Made by a program: the position numbers and the translations under genes. From assembly GCF_028688295.1 (NCBI RefSeq), contig NZ_JAQTYM010000004.1, positions 643-64,642 on the forward strand: a stretch of 64,000 bases of DNA. Reading direction: 5' to 3'. The stretch comes from Sulfuricurvum sp. GTDB lineage: Bacteria; Campylobacterota; Campylobacteria; Campylobacterales; Sulfurimonadaceae. The notes below the pieces were generated by a model, which was given only the letters and a program-made list of their open reading frames with translations, was not told where the DNA came from and searched no databases. Shown piece by piece: positions 26,657 to 35,713 of this stretch (position 1 is the stretch's first letter; the number at the start of each line of letters is the position of its first letter).

Positions 26657-27300
26657 CTGGGTTTAAACCCATCCTTACTCTTACAAAATTCCTGTAAAAA
26701 ACATTCGCTATCACATTTTGGATTCTTGGCGGTACAGATATAGCGCCCGAATAAAACCAAACCTTGATGGAGCTGATGAAGATTGGTTTTAAATTTTTTG
26801 ACCAAAGTCTCTTCGGTAGCAATCGCGCTCACATCACTACTCAATCCTAATCGGTGTGAGACCCGAAAGACGTGAGTATCAACCGCCATGAGGTTTGCTT
26901 GTGTGTATTCGATTAAGACAACGTGTGCGGTTTTTTGACCCACACCTGCTAGGGTTACCAGCTCTTTTTCATCCAGAGGGATTTTTCCGCCGTACACATT
27001 AACCACCCGCTTTGCCATGCTAATAAGGTTGATTGCTTTATTATTGAAAAATGAACAGCTTTGAATTAGTTTTTTGACCTCTTGGATATCCGCATTTGCA
27101 AGATCTTCAGGAGTTGGATAGGATTCAAATAAGGCGGGAGTGATGAGATTAACCCGTTTGTCAGTACACTGAGCAGAGAGGGCTACCGCAATAACCAACT
27201 CATAAGCATTAGTGTAGCTGAGTTCCGTTACCGCCTCGGAGTATCGCTCCACAAGAGATGATTTAATCGCGTCAATCTCTTTTTTGGTTGCTTTTTTCAT
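26653..27300 (-). CDS. nth: Endonuclease III
   Basis: LSAQCTDKRVN, HhH GVGQKTA, AVDTHVFRV, C-terminal CTAKNPKCDSECFLQEFC Fe-S motif. Confidence 0.96.
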   Translation of the reverse strand: MKKATKKEIDAIKSSLVERYSEAVTELSYTNAYELVIAVALSAQCTDKRVNLITPALFESYPTPEDLANADIQEVKKLIQSCSFFNNKAINLISMAKRVVNVYGGKIPLDEKELVTLAGVGQKTAHVVLIEYTQANLMAVDTHVFRVSHRLGLSSDVSAIATEETLVKKFKTNLHQLHQGLVLFGRYICTAKNPKCDSECFLQEFCKSKDGFKPR

Positions 27301-27405
27301 CCCTAAAATCCATTTTTTGATGCGTATTGTAACATGTGTGTTGAAAAATAGTTGGTGAGTGAGAATTTTGTGTTACAATAAACACTTTCAATTAAAATAG
27401 AGGAG

Positions 27406-29358
27406 ATGGTTTTGGGATTACTCGGTGCACTTCAAAAATTTTTCAGTAAAGATAAAAATCGTTTTGCCCAAGAGGGTGAACAAACGATCAATAAAGACCT
27501 TTTTTATAAAGTCTTGGATACCGATACGGATCCGCTCCTTTTTTTTACCAAAGAGAACGGATGGATAGGGGCAAATAAAGCATTTTTCAATTTAGTACCT
27601 ATCCAAAATATCGAACAGCTTCGAAACAATTATGAAAGCATTCGGGAACTCTTTGATCATGAAGATGAAGAGGTATTTACTGAATTTGATAAAAGTTGGC
27701 TTGATTATATTCGCACCCATTGTACAAGCGGGTATGGGTTGGGGATTATCGACCCTTCGGGGAAAATGCATGCAATGTCAGCTACTTCTACTCTGATACA
27801 AGAGGGGGGTACCGATTTATATCTGCTTCGACTTGCAGATCAAAGCAATTTGGTAGATCTTAAAGCAGAAGTGGTTAAAGTCGAACAGCTAAAAAGTAAA
27901 TTTTTAGCCAACATCGGACATGAATTTCGCACCCCGATGAATGGTATCTTGGGCTTTATCGAACTCCTCTCCAAAACATCTCCAAATGATACACAGCTAG
28001 AATACATCCATTCTGTCCAAGGTTCTGCACGTAATCTAATGTCTAATATTGAAAATCTTCTGGATTTAGCTCAAATGCAAAACGGTCGATTAAGCATCAG
28101 TAAAAGCGAATTTAATATTGTTGCCGAAATGGAAGAGTTAGCTCGCAGTTCAGCCTCTATGGGAATTGATAAAGGGGTAGGGATTTTATGTTTTATTGAT
28201 CCGAAACTCCCTACATATATTACTGGTGATATTCGTAAAATTAAGCAAGTGATCAATAATCTTTTTAGCAATGCTCTTAAATTTACCCATTCGGGCGGAC
28301 GAATAACGATTGAAGTAAAACTTTTGAAACGCAATACGACTGGAACATGTAATATAGGGTTTAGCGTCAAAGATACAGGAAAAGGGATTAGCAAATCAGA
28401 ATTGAGCTATATCACCAGACCTTTTGTTTCCGGTGATCATGCGGATAACCGTTTGGGGGTTGGGCTCAGTCTTTCTCACGGTTTGATTTCATTAATGGGT
28501 GGAGAACTTAAAATTACCAGTGATGAAGGGAAAGGTTCTTCTTTTAGTTTCGCATTGACATTGGAGGGTTCATCTGATCATGCAATGCAGATGATTAATG
28601 CCCATAATGTTAAAGTAGTGCTTGTAGATGAGAAAAAGCTAGATGATGCCAACCATTTGACCAACTATTTACGTAGTTTTGGAGTCAGTGTTACCAAAGC
28701 ACAAGTGATCGATGAGACTATTTTTAACGATACCGAAGTGGTTTATTTGATCGGGTCACAAGAAAAAAGCGATTGGGCGATAAACCTCGCACGATTAAAG
28801 CGGGAGTGCAAAACGGTTCTATTACTGGAAGAACATGAACGACTGCAAGCAAAAATGCTCCATGTCGTTGATCTCTCTTTGTCTAAACCGCTTTTACCTA
28901 CTTCTTTATTGGAGCATTTGATTGAGGTATTTGGTATTGTAAAAGAGATACCGATAACGATTCCTCAAATTCAACGGGGAATAAGTGCATTGGTTGTTGA
29001 GGATAATCTCATCAATCAACGTTTGATCAAGCTTTTACTTAAAGAATATGGGATCAATGTTATTGCAGTTTCGAATGGGGATGAAGCGGTAGAAACATGC
29101 CGAGAGAAAACATTTGACATTGTCTTTATGGATATCGATATGCCGATTAAAGATGGAATCTTAGCAACGCAGGAGATCAAAGCAGAAGAGGGACCTACTC
29201 GTGTAGGACGTATGCCGATTATCGCGTTGACGGCTTTGGCGATGGAAGGTGATCGGGAGTATATCTTAGGACGTGGTTTGGATGATTATCTATCAAAACC
29301 ACTTACGCGTGAAAAATTGGAGTATGTTCTTCACAAATACTTACATGTAAAAGTATAA
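27406..29358 (+). CDS. Cytoplasmic hybrid sensor histidine kinase (PAS-like, HisKA, HATPase, degenerate REC, REC)
   Basis: HEFRTPMN, NLFSNALKF, DTGKG, C-terminal FMDIDMP...LSKP receiver. Confidence 0.9.
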   Translation: MVLGLLGALQKFFSKDKNRFAQEGEQTINKDLFYKVLDTDTDPLLFFTKENGWIGANKAFFNLVPIQNIEQLRNNYESIRELFDHEDEEVFTEFDKSWLDYIRTHCTSGYGLGIIDPSGKMHAMSATSTLIQEGGTDLYLLRLADQSNLVDLKAEVVKVEQLKSKFLANIGHEFRTPMNGILGFIELLSKTSPNDTQLEYIHSVQGSARNLMSNIENLLDLAQMQNGRLSISKSEFNIVAEMEELARSSASMGIDKGVGILCFIDPKLPTYITGDIRKIKQVINNLFSNALKFTHSGGRITIEVKLLKRNTTGTCNIGFSVKDTGKGISKSELSYITRPFVSGDHADNRLGVGLSLSHGLISLMGGELKITSDEGKGSSFSFALTLEGSSDHAMQMINAHNVKVVLVDEKKLDDANHLTNYLRSFGVSVTKAQVIDETIFNDTEVVYLIGSQEKSDWAINLARLKRECKTVLLLEEHERLQAKMLHVVDLSLSKPLLPTSLLEHLIEVFGIVKEIPITIPQIQRGISALVVEDNLINQRLIKLLLKEYGINVIAVSNGDEAVETCREKTFDIVFMDIDMPIKDGILATQEIKAEEGPTRVGRMPIIALTALAMEGDREYILGRGLDDYLSKPLTREKLEYVLHKYLHVKV

Positions 29359-29367
29359 GGAATAATA

Positions 29368-31284
29368 ATGATTTACAGAGAAAGTTTTGAAAATGATTAC
29401 CCTTCTTTAATCGGCTTACTCACCTCTTGTGCCCATTTACATTCTGATCCGATGGTTTACACCGATTTAGCCGGAACGTTCATTGGATGCAATGAGCTGC
29501 TAATGGAGCTTTTGCACGTTGAACACTTGGATGATATCCCCCCTTTGAACGATTGGTTTTTTCCGCAGGGGGTAGATATCTCCTACCTTCTTTCAAAATC
29601 AGGGGATTATCGCGGGAAAATCCATACTGAAGATACAAATTATGATGTTTCGGTGAAATCGGAAGTGTTTGTATTAGAAGCTTATCCTGTTGTTGGTGTG
29701 GTATTCCGAGATGTGTCGATCATTGAACGTGCGCGCGCGGCTGAACGTTATTTTGATCAGTTCAAAAATAAATTTTTAACCAATATTTCCCATGAATTCC
29801 GTACTCCGATGAATGCGATTATCGGATTTAGTGATTTGCTTAAAAGCTCTCCTTTGAGTTCATGGCAACAAGAATACGTGCAGATGAGCAGTCGAAGCGC
29901 CCAATCCATGATGCGTAATATTGAAAATCTTTTAGAACTGATGCAGGTTGAAAGCGGAAGTGTCCATACGAATCCTACTTTGTTTAATCCTTTAGAAGTA
30001 TTTGAGAATTTTTCGCAGCAATTTTGTGATTTAGCACTTTCCAAAGAGATTGGGCTGATGTTCTTAATTGATCCGCATTTGCCAAAAACGATGATTGGTG
30101 ATCAAGATAAACTTCTTGCTATTATGCGTAATCTGATCCAAAACGGTGTTAAATTTACCGAAGAGGGCGGGCGTGTTCTTGTTGAGATTCTTATCGTTCA
30201 AGAAGAAGGGAATTTCGTCGAAGTCGAATATGCCGTGAGTGATACGGGGTGTGGTATTGAGCAGGAAAAAATCAAAACGCTTCTCCGTCCGTTTGCTTCA
30301 GCTTGGGATAATCAGCGACGCGGTAAAGATGGACTGGGAATCGGTTTGAGTTTAAGTCATAAATACGTAGATATGATGGATTCTCATTTAATGCTTGCAT
30401 CAGAAAATGGTAAAGGGTCACGTTTTTCTTTCCGTGTCATGCATCAGATCAATGAAGAGGGAATCTTTGATTTTGTCGAAGGGACCCGTGCGGCGATTTA
30501 TGCTCCGGAACATCAACTTTCTCCTCAAGGTGCTTTACTTTATAAATATCTTGAACTTTTTCATGTTGAGACGAAAAGCGTACACGATTTCATTAATACG
30601 ACATTATCTGAGAGTGATATTCTGTTTATCGACCTACCGCATATTCCAAAAGCCCAAATCGATGCCATTAAGTCTACGTATCCAAATTTGGGGATAGTAC
30701 CACTAATGAAACTCGATTATGGGGAAAAAGCCGATTCTATTATCGACACCGTCTCGTCGATTGTAACGTTGCCGATTTTACCAAGTTCGCTTCATAAAAC
30801 CTTGGCTGTTATCTGGAAAACGATGCCAAAAGAGTATGTTTCGAACTCTTTAGAAGCACAAAGTATCCCACGTGCAGAAAATATTAAAATCTTAGTGGCT
30901 GAAGATAATCTTATTAATCTAAAACTGCTTGAGACGATTTTACTACAAGAACATTTCCGCGTTGTCGCGGTAGATAATGGTCAAAAAGCAGTTGATGTGT
31001 ATTTGAAAGATCATTTTGATTTGGTTTTGATGGATATTGATATGCCGGTTATGGACGGATTGATGGCAAATCGATTGATTAAAGAGATTGACAAGCGTGA
31101 TAACAGAGGTTTCGTCCCTGTGATTGCCTTGACGGCACATGCATTGATCGGCGATCGCGAACGGATTGTTGCCGCTGGTTTGGATGCCCATTTGGCAAAA
31201 CCTATCGATAAACATTTCCTGTTACAGACAATCGATCGATATTTAAAAATTGCACAGCAGAAACGACAAAGTAACATCGTTTAA
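29368..31284 (+). CDS. Cytoplasmic hybrid sensor histidine kinase, paralog of the upstream gene
   Basis: HEFRTPMN, NLIQNGVKF, DTGCG, GLGIG, LMDIDMP...LAKP. Confidence 0.9.
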   Translation: MIYRESFENDYPSLIGLLTSCAHLHSDPMVYTDLAGTFIGCNELLMELLHVEHLDDIPPLNDWFFPQGVDISYLLSKSGDYRGKIHTEDTNYDVSVKSEVFVLEAYPVVGVVFRDVSIIERARAAERYFDQFKNKFLTNISHEFRTPMNAIIGFSDLLKSSPLSSWQQEYVQMSSRSAQSMMRNIENLLELMQVESGSVHTNPTLFNPLEVFENFSQQFCDLALSKEIGLMFLIDPHLPKTMIGDQDKLLAIMRNLIQNGVKFTEEGGRVLVEILIVQEEGNFVEVEYAVSDTGCGIEQEKIKTLLRPFASAWDNQRRGKDGLGIGLSLSHKYVDMMDSHLMLASENGKGSRFSFRVMHQINEEGIFDFVEGTRAAIYAPEHQLSPQGALLYKYLELFHVETKSVHDFINTTLSESDILFIDLPHIPKAQIDAIKSTYPNLGIVPLMKLDYGEKADSIIDTVSSIVTLPILPSSLHKTLAVIWKTMPKEYVSNSLEAQSIPRAENIKILVAEDNLINLKLLETILLQEHFRVVAVDNGQKAVDVYLKDHFDLVLMDIDMPVMDGLMANRLIKEIDKRDNRGFVPVIALTAHALIGDRERIVAAGLDAHLAKPIDKHFLLQTIDRYLKIAQQKRQSNIV

Positions 31285-31376
31285 TATTGATTATTTTTTG
31301 CGTACTATACTTGCAAATGTATTATAATGCCGAAATCAAATCCCTTGGTAAAAAAAGGGAACATACAAGGATAGCA

Positions 31377-32219
31377 ATGAAGCGATATTACAGCGCTTGG
31401 ATTTTGGGAGTATTGTTGAGTGCACAATGTGCATCAGCGACTGTTTTAGTAACAGTCAATGGAGATGAAATTACCTCTGAAGAGGTCAATAAAGTATTAA
31501 TGGAAGGGACACAAGGTCGTTTTGACTCATTGCCCGCTGATAAACAAAATGAATTACGTCAACGCATTATAGAGGGGATGATTGCACAAGAACTCGTTTT
31601 CGATGATGCAAAACGAACCGGTGTGCTTGAATCAAAAGAGTATAAACAAGAACTTGAAAAACTTGTGGATCGTCTCAAAATTCAACTTGCAGCCAAAGTA
31701 TGGGAGCAAGAGCAGTTTGAAGCAATCAAAGTAGACGCTAGAGAAGTTAAATCTTATTTCGATGCTAATCCTGATGAATTTGTTGATAAAGAGAAAATCC
31801 GTGCACGCCATATTTTGGTGAAAACAGAGGCTGAAGCGCAAGCGGTTATCCGAAGTATGAAAGCACTAAGCGGTGAGAAACTAAAAAATGAGTTTATTAC
31901 TCAGGCAAAATCAAAATCAACCGGACCAAGTGCAGCTAAAGGTGGAGATTTAGGTTATTTCCCACGTGGACAGATGGTACCGTCATTCAATGACGCAGCA
32001 TTCGCGATGAAAGAAGGGACTATCTCTACAGCTCCTGTTCAAAGCCAGTTCGGATATCATGTTATTTATGTTGAAGATAAAAAAGTAGCGAAAAAGTTGA
32101 GTTTTGAAGAAGTAAAAAACTTTATCGAACAGCGTTTAAAAATGGATAAGTTTAAAGCAACGATGGAGAAAAAAATGTCTTCACTTCGTGAAAAAGCAAA
32201 AATCACTTACACTAAATAA
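31377..32219 (+). CDS. Periplasmic parvulin/PpiC-type PPIase chaperone (PEB4/Cbf2-like)
   Basis: Signal peptide; RARHILV, GGDLGYF, MVPSFNDAAF, QFGYHVI. Start set to ATG 31377. Confidence 0.9.
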   Translation: MKRYYSAWILGVLLSAQCASATVLVTVNGDEITSEEVNKVLMEGTQGRFDSLPADKQNELRQRIIEGMIAQELVFDDAKRTGVLESKEYKQELEKLVDRLKIQLAAKVWEQEQFEAIKVDAREVKSYFDANPDEFVDKEKIRARHILVKTEAEAQAVIRSMKALSGEKLKNEFITQAKSKSTGPSAAKGGDLGYFPRGQMVPSFNDAAFAMKEGTISTAPVQSQFGYHVIYVEDKKVAKKLSFEEVKNFIEQRLKMDKFKATMEKKMSSLREKAKITYTK

Positions 32220-32267
32220 TTATCTCTTTACTCATTCCCGTCTATGTGCGGGAGTCTAAATCGTGCA

Positions 32268-35200
32268 TTAAAATGATTTGTAAAAGCTTTCAAAAGCTGA
32301 TGCTTCCATCGGTTTAGCGAAATGGTACCCTTGCACTTCATCGCATCCATAGGTCTCGATCACAGAAAGCACTTGAGCATTTTCAACCCCCTCGGCGATG
32401 GTTTTTAGGTTAAGATTTTTCGCCATTTGAATGATGGTTTTAACGATTGCCGCATCATCACGATCTTGGAGGATGTCGCGGACAAACGATTGATCAATTT
32501 TTAGTTTATCGACTGCGAACCGTTTGAGGTAGGATAGGCTCGAATATCCAGTGCCGAAATCATCGATTGAGAGCTGTACTCCCAGTGCTTTTAGATTACG
32601 AACTGACTGGAGGGTGTTGTCAGCATCGTGCATGATGATCGACTCGGTGAGTTCGAGTTCGAGACGATCCGGATTGATTTGAGAAGAGCGGATAGCATTT
32701 TTCACTATCTCTTCGAGATTTCCCCGTTTGAACTGCATGGCAGAGATGTTGACCGCGACGCCAATCTCTATCCCTTTTGTATGCCAAAGGGCAACTTGTC
32801 GACATGATTCTTCGATGACCCATTGACCGATTTGGACGATCAATCCACTGCTCTCAGCAATAGGAATAAAACTCATTGGAGGCATCATCCCCAACATCGG
32901 ATGGCGCCACCGTATTAGAGCTTCAACCCCCGTAATGGCGTTTGTTGCTAAATCGATTTGAGGTTGATAGTGGAGGATTAATTCATCTTTTTCCAATGCT
33001 GCTTTGAGGTCACTCTGGATTTTAAATTGTCCTATCATGTGATGAGTCATTTGTTGGGTATAAAAATGATAGCTATTTTTCCCTGACTCTTTGGCTTTGT
33101 ACATTGCGGTATCGGCACTTTGGAACAATGTTTCAAATGTATCACCGTGATCTGGGTAAGTAGCTATCCCTATAGAGCCTGATACGGATAAGGTATTGGA
33201 ATTGATCACAAACGGTTTTTCTAACTTTATTAAAATCTTTTTAGCTATCAAAGCGATATCATTGTTTGCTTGAACGTCTGATAGGATCAATAAAAACTCA
33301 TCTCCCCCCTGACGACTAATATTATCGCTTTCACGAATAAATTTTTTTAGACGTGATGCTATGGTTTTGAGCATCATATCTCCTACAGAATGCCCCAATG
33401 TATCGTTAATCTCTTTGAACCCATCTAAATCGATGAAGAGAAAAGCTACTTTAGTTCCGTAACGTTTGGATTGAGCCATTATCTGCTCAGCTCTTATTTT
33501 AGCAAGGGTACGGTTTGGCAACCCTGTAAGAGCATCGTGGTGCGCCATATGGTAGATTTTTTGTTCGTTCTCTTTACGCTCGGTAATATCCTGTGTCACC
33601 ACAATAGTTTGGATAGGATCGGTATTAGGGATGACAATCACCGAAACACTGTGTTCTCTTCTCGTTCCGTCCGTTTGAATAACCCCTAATTCGTAGGTGC
33701 TGGGAACATCTTCTCCTCGAATGCGACGTGTGTACATATCGAGTGCTTTTGCTCGATCATCAGGATGGATCGTCTCTAGAAAATTAGGTTTAACATCCAT
33801 AATCGTTTCATCATAGCCGTATTGTTTTGCTTTTTCTATATCATTTGTATAGACATATTTTCCATCTTCGATGACATGTATCCCGAGTCCTGCTTCAGCG
33901 ATACTGAGTAATAGGGTATTTTGGAAATCTTTTTGTTTTTTAATTTCAGATTCCATTTTTTTTCGATCGGTGATATCGAAGCCGATCAAAAGCATACTCC
34001 TAATGTGACCTGACGCGTCTTTTTCGGGTATGATGCGCATGTGATGAAACACTTCACCTCTATCATTTGTAGGAGGAAAGATCATATCAAAAGTTTTTGG
34101 ATTACCGTCGACCAAAACTTCTTGTATCGTTTTTGCCAATTCGACATAATGATCATTTTTAAAGGCTTCTGTAATTTTTTCCCCAATTAGATGTTCAGAA
34201 GAGATGCCAAGAAATGATTCAAGCTTTGGATTAAGGTATAGAATCCGTAAATCACGATCATAGCGGATAATATGATCGGGAGAATTTTCAGCCAAAGAAC
34301 GAAACTCCTGCTCTCGTGATGCTAATTTGGATTCCATTCGTTTACGCTCACTAATATCACGCGAAAGGATGATATAGGTACCACTAGATTTTCTTATAGA
34401 GGCGGAGAGTTCGAAGTATTTTCTCCCCTCAGGCAAGTCGATATATATCATGTTTCCTAGAGAGTGACCCATAACATCCACTTCTCGGATGGTTTTATAG
34501 CAGATTTCTACTGTATCAGTGGGTAATATATCACGGATATTTTTGCCGATCAGAAGCGCTTTTTGCTCTGCAAGGAGTTTCTCATCCTGCGCCCAAATGT
34601 TGAGGTAGGTTCCCTCTGAGTCTAATTCGAAGAGCAAATCAGGGATCGTATTGATAATCTCTTCGTTAAATTCCATCGCTTGCTGTAATCGTTGTTCTGC
34701 TTGTTTTCGTTCTGTGATGTCGTGAATATATCCGTACCAAATGATACCACCTTGTGGATGGGATTGCGGCATCGTATTGCTCTCCATCCATCGCTCTCCC
34801 TTGGTTGGATGGATGATACGAAACTCTTCGTGCCAAACGCTCATCGTTCTAGCCGATTCGGCAATGGTTTCGAATATCCGATCATTATCATCAGGATGGT
34901 GAAGTTTAGCAAGCGCGCTGGTGTCGTTTGCTACATTCTCTGGGGTTAATCCGAATAAATCAACAATGTTCGGCGAAACATACGGCATACAGGTAGAACC
35001 ATCGGGGCGGAGATAGAAGCTCCCCATCATACCAGGAGATGAATCGGCTAAAGAGCGAAATTCCCTCTCTCGTGATGCTAATGCAGACTCTATGTGTTTA
35101 CGATTGGAAATATCGATGATATTAGCAATCCGTTGTTTGATAACCCCGTTTTCATCTGTGATGACGGTGATATGAACCGAGACGGGGACGGGGGATCCAT

Positions 35201-35471
35201 CTTTTCGGATGTGGGTAGTTTCGAACGAAACATCGTTGATAGCGCAGGATAGTGATTGTTCATGCGCTTCAAGACGGATCATACATTCGGGGGCAAACAC
35301 TTCCCCAGGAGAGGCTCCGATCAGCTCATGAGGCTCATAACCATGAATGGCGGCAAAAGCAGGATTAACCATCTCAAGTTTATTATCTTCAGCGTTACAG
35401 ATCGCGATACCGACTCTGGCATTATCGAAAATGTATTTTAATTTTTCGGTATGCGGTTCCATTACAGACAT
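32268..35471 (-). CDS. Five-PAS diguanylate cyclase/phosphodiesterase (GGDEF-EAL)
   Basis: Five PAS/PAC repeats ending in DI(S/T)(N/E/D)RK; intact RQGGDEF; intact EALIRW, ELELTES, IDDFGTGYSSL, KIDQSF. Confidence 0.93.
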   Translation of the reverse strand: MSVMEPHTEKLKYIFDNARVGIAICNAEDNKLEMVNPAFAAIHGYEPHELIGASPGEVFAPECMIRLEAHEQSLSCAINDVSFETTHIRKDGSPVPVSVHITVITDENGVIKQRIANIIDISNRKHIESALASREREFRSLADSSPGMMGSFYLRPDGSTCMPYVSPNIVDLFGLTPENVANDTSALAKLHHPDDNDRIFETIAESARTMSVWHEEFRIIHPTKGERWMESNTMPQSHPQGGIIWYGYIHDITERKQAEQRLQQAMEFNEEIINTIPDLLFELDSEGTYLNIWAQDEKLLAEQKALLIGKNIRDILPTDTVEICYKTIREVDVMGHSLGNMIYIDLPEGRKYFELSASIRKSSGTYIILSRDISERKRMESKLASREQEFRSLAENSPDHIIRYDRDLRILYLNPKLESFLGISSEHLIGEKITEAFKNDHYVELAKTIQEVLVDGNPKTFDMIFPPTNDRGEVFHHMRIIPEKDASGHIRSMLLIGFDITDRKKMESEIKKQKDFQNTLLLSIAEAGLGIHVIEDGKYVYTNDIEKAKQYGYDETIMDVKPNFLETIHPDDRAKALDMYTRRIRGEDVPSTYELGVIQTDGTRREHSVSVIVIPNTDPIQTIVVTQDITERKENEQKIYHMAHHDALTGLPNRTLAKIRAEQIMAQSKRYGTKVAFLFIDLDGFKEINDTLGHSVGDMMLKTIASRLKKFIRESDNISRQGGDEFLLILSDVQANNDIALIAKKILIKLEKPFVINSNTLSVSGSIGIATYPDHGDTFETLFQSADTAMYKAKESGKNSYHFYTQQMTHHMIGQFKIQSDLKAALEKDELILHYQPQIDLATNAITGVEALIRWRHPMLGMMPPMSFIPIAESSGLIVQIGQWVIEESCRQVALWHTKGIEIGVAVNISAMQFKRGNLEEIVKNAIRSSQINPDRLELELTESIIMHDADNTLQSVRNLKALGVQLSIDDFGTGYSSLSYLKRFAVDKLKIDQSFVRDILQDRDDAAIVKTIIQMAKNLNLKTIAEGVENAQVLSVIETYGCDEVQGYHFAKPMEASAFESFYKSF

Positions 35472-35559
35472 GCAGAACCTATATTTGAGTTAATGATAAA
35501 TTCTTCAACCATACAAACCGTTCCTCATACTAAACTCTATCTTATATTAACAACATTTA

Positions 35560-35580
35560 GGTCACATATCAGTCACGTAT
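35560..35580. promoter_or_regulatory. RGTCAY direct-repeat box (11-bp period) upstream of the GGDEF-EAL gene
   Basis: GGTCACATAT (35560) and AGTCACGTAT (35571). Confidence 0.55.
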
Positions 35581-35713
35581 TTTTGCAATAATTGAGACCG
35601 AAATGTGCTAAAAAAAGGTGTAGACAAAAGGAGAGTTAAATACAGAGGAAAAGTAGATAACATGAGAAATAACTATGACACTAATAAACTTATTCGCTCC
35701 ATTCCAAAGCTTG

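Noticed and set aside
35662-35680. TGTCATA and ATGAGAA motifs resembling the transposon end, next to the truncated kinase-PAS gene
   Set aside because: The two motifs are on opposite strands (same strand in the real end) and there are no further repeats; consistent with chance in AT-rich DNA.
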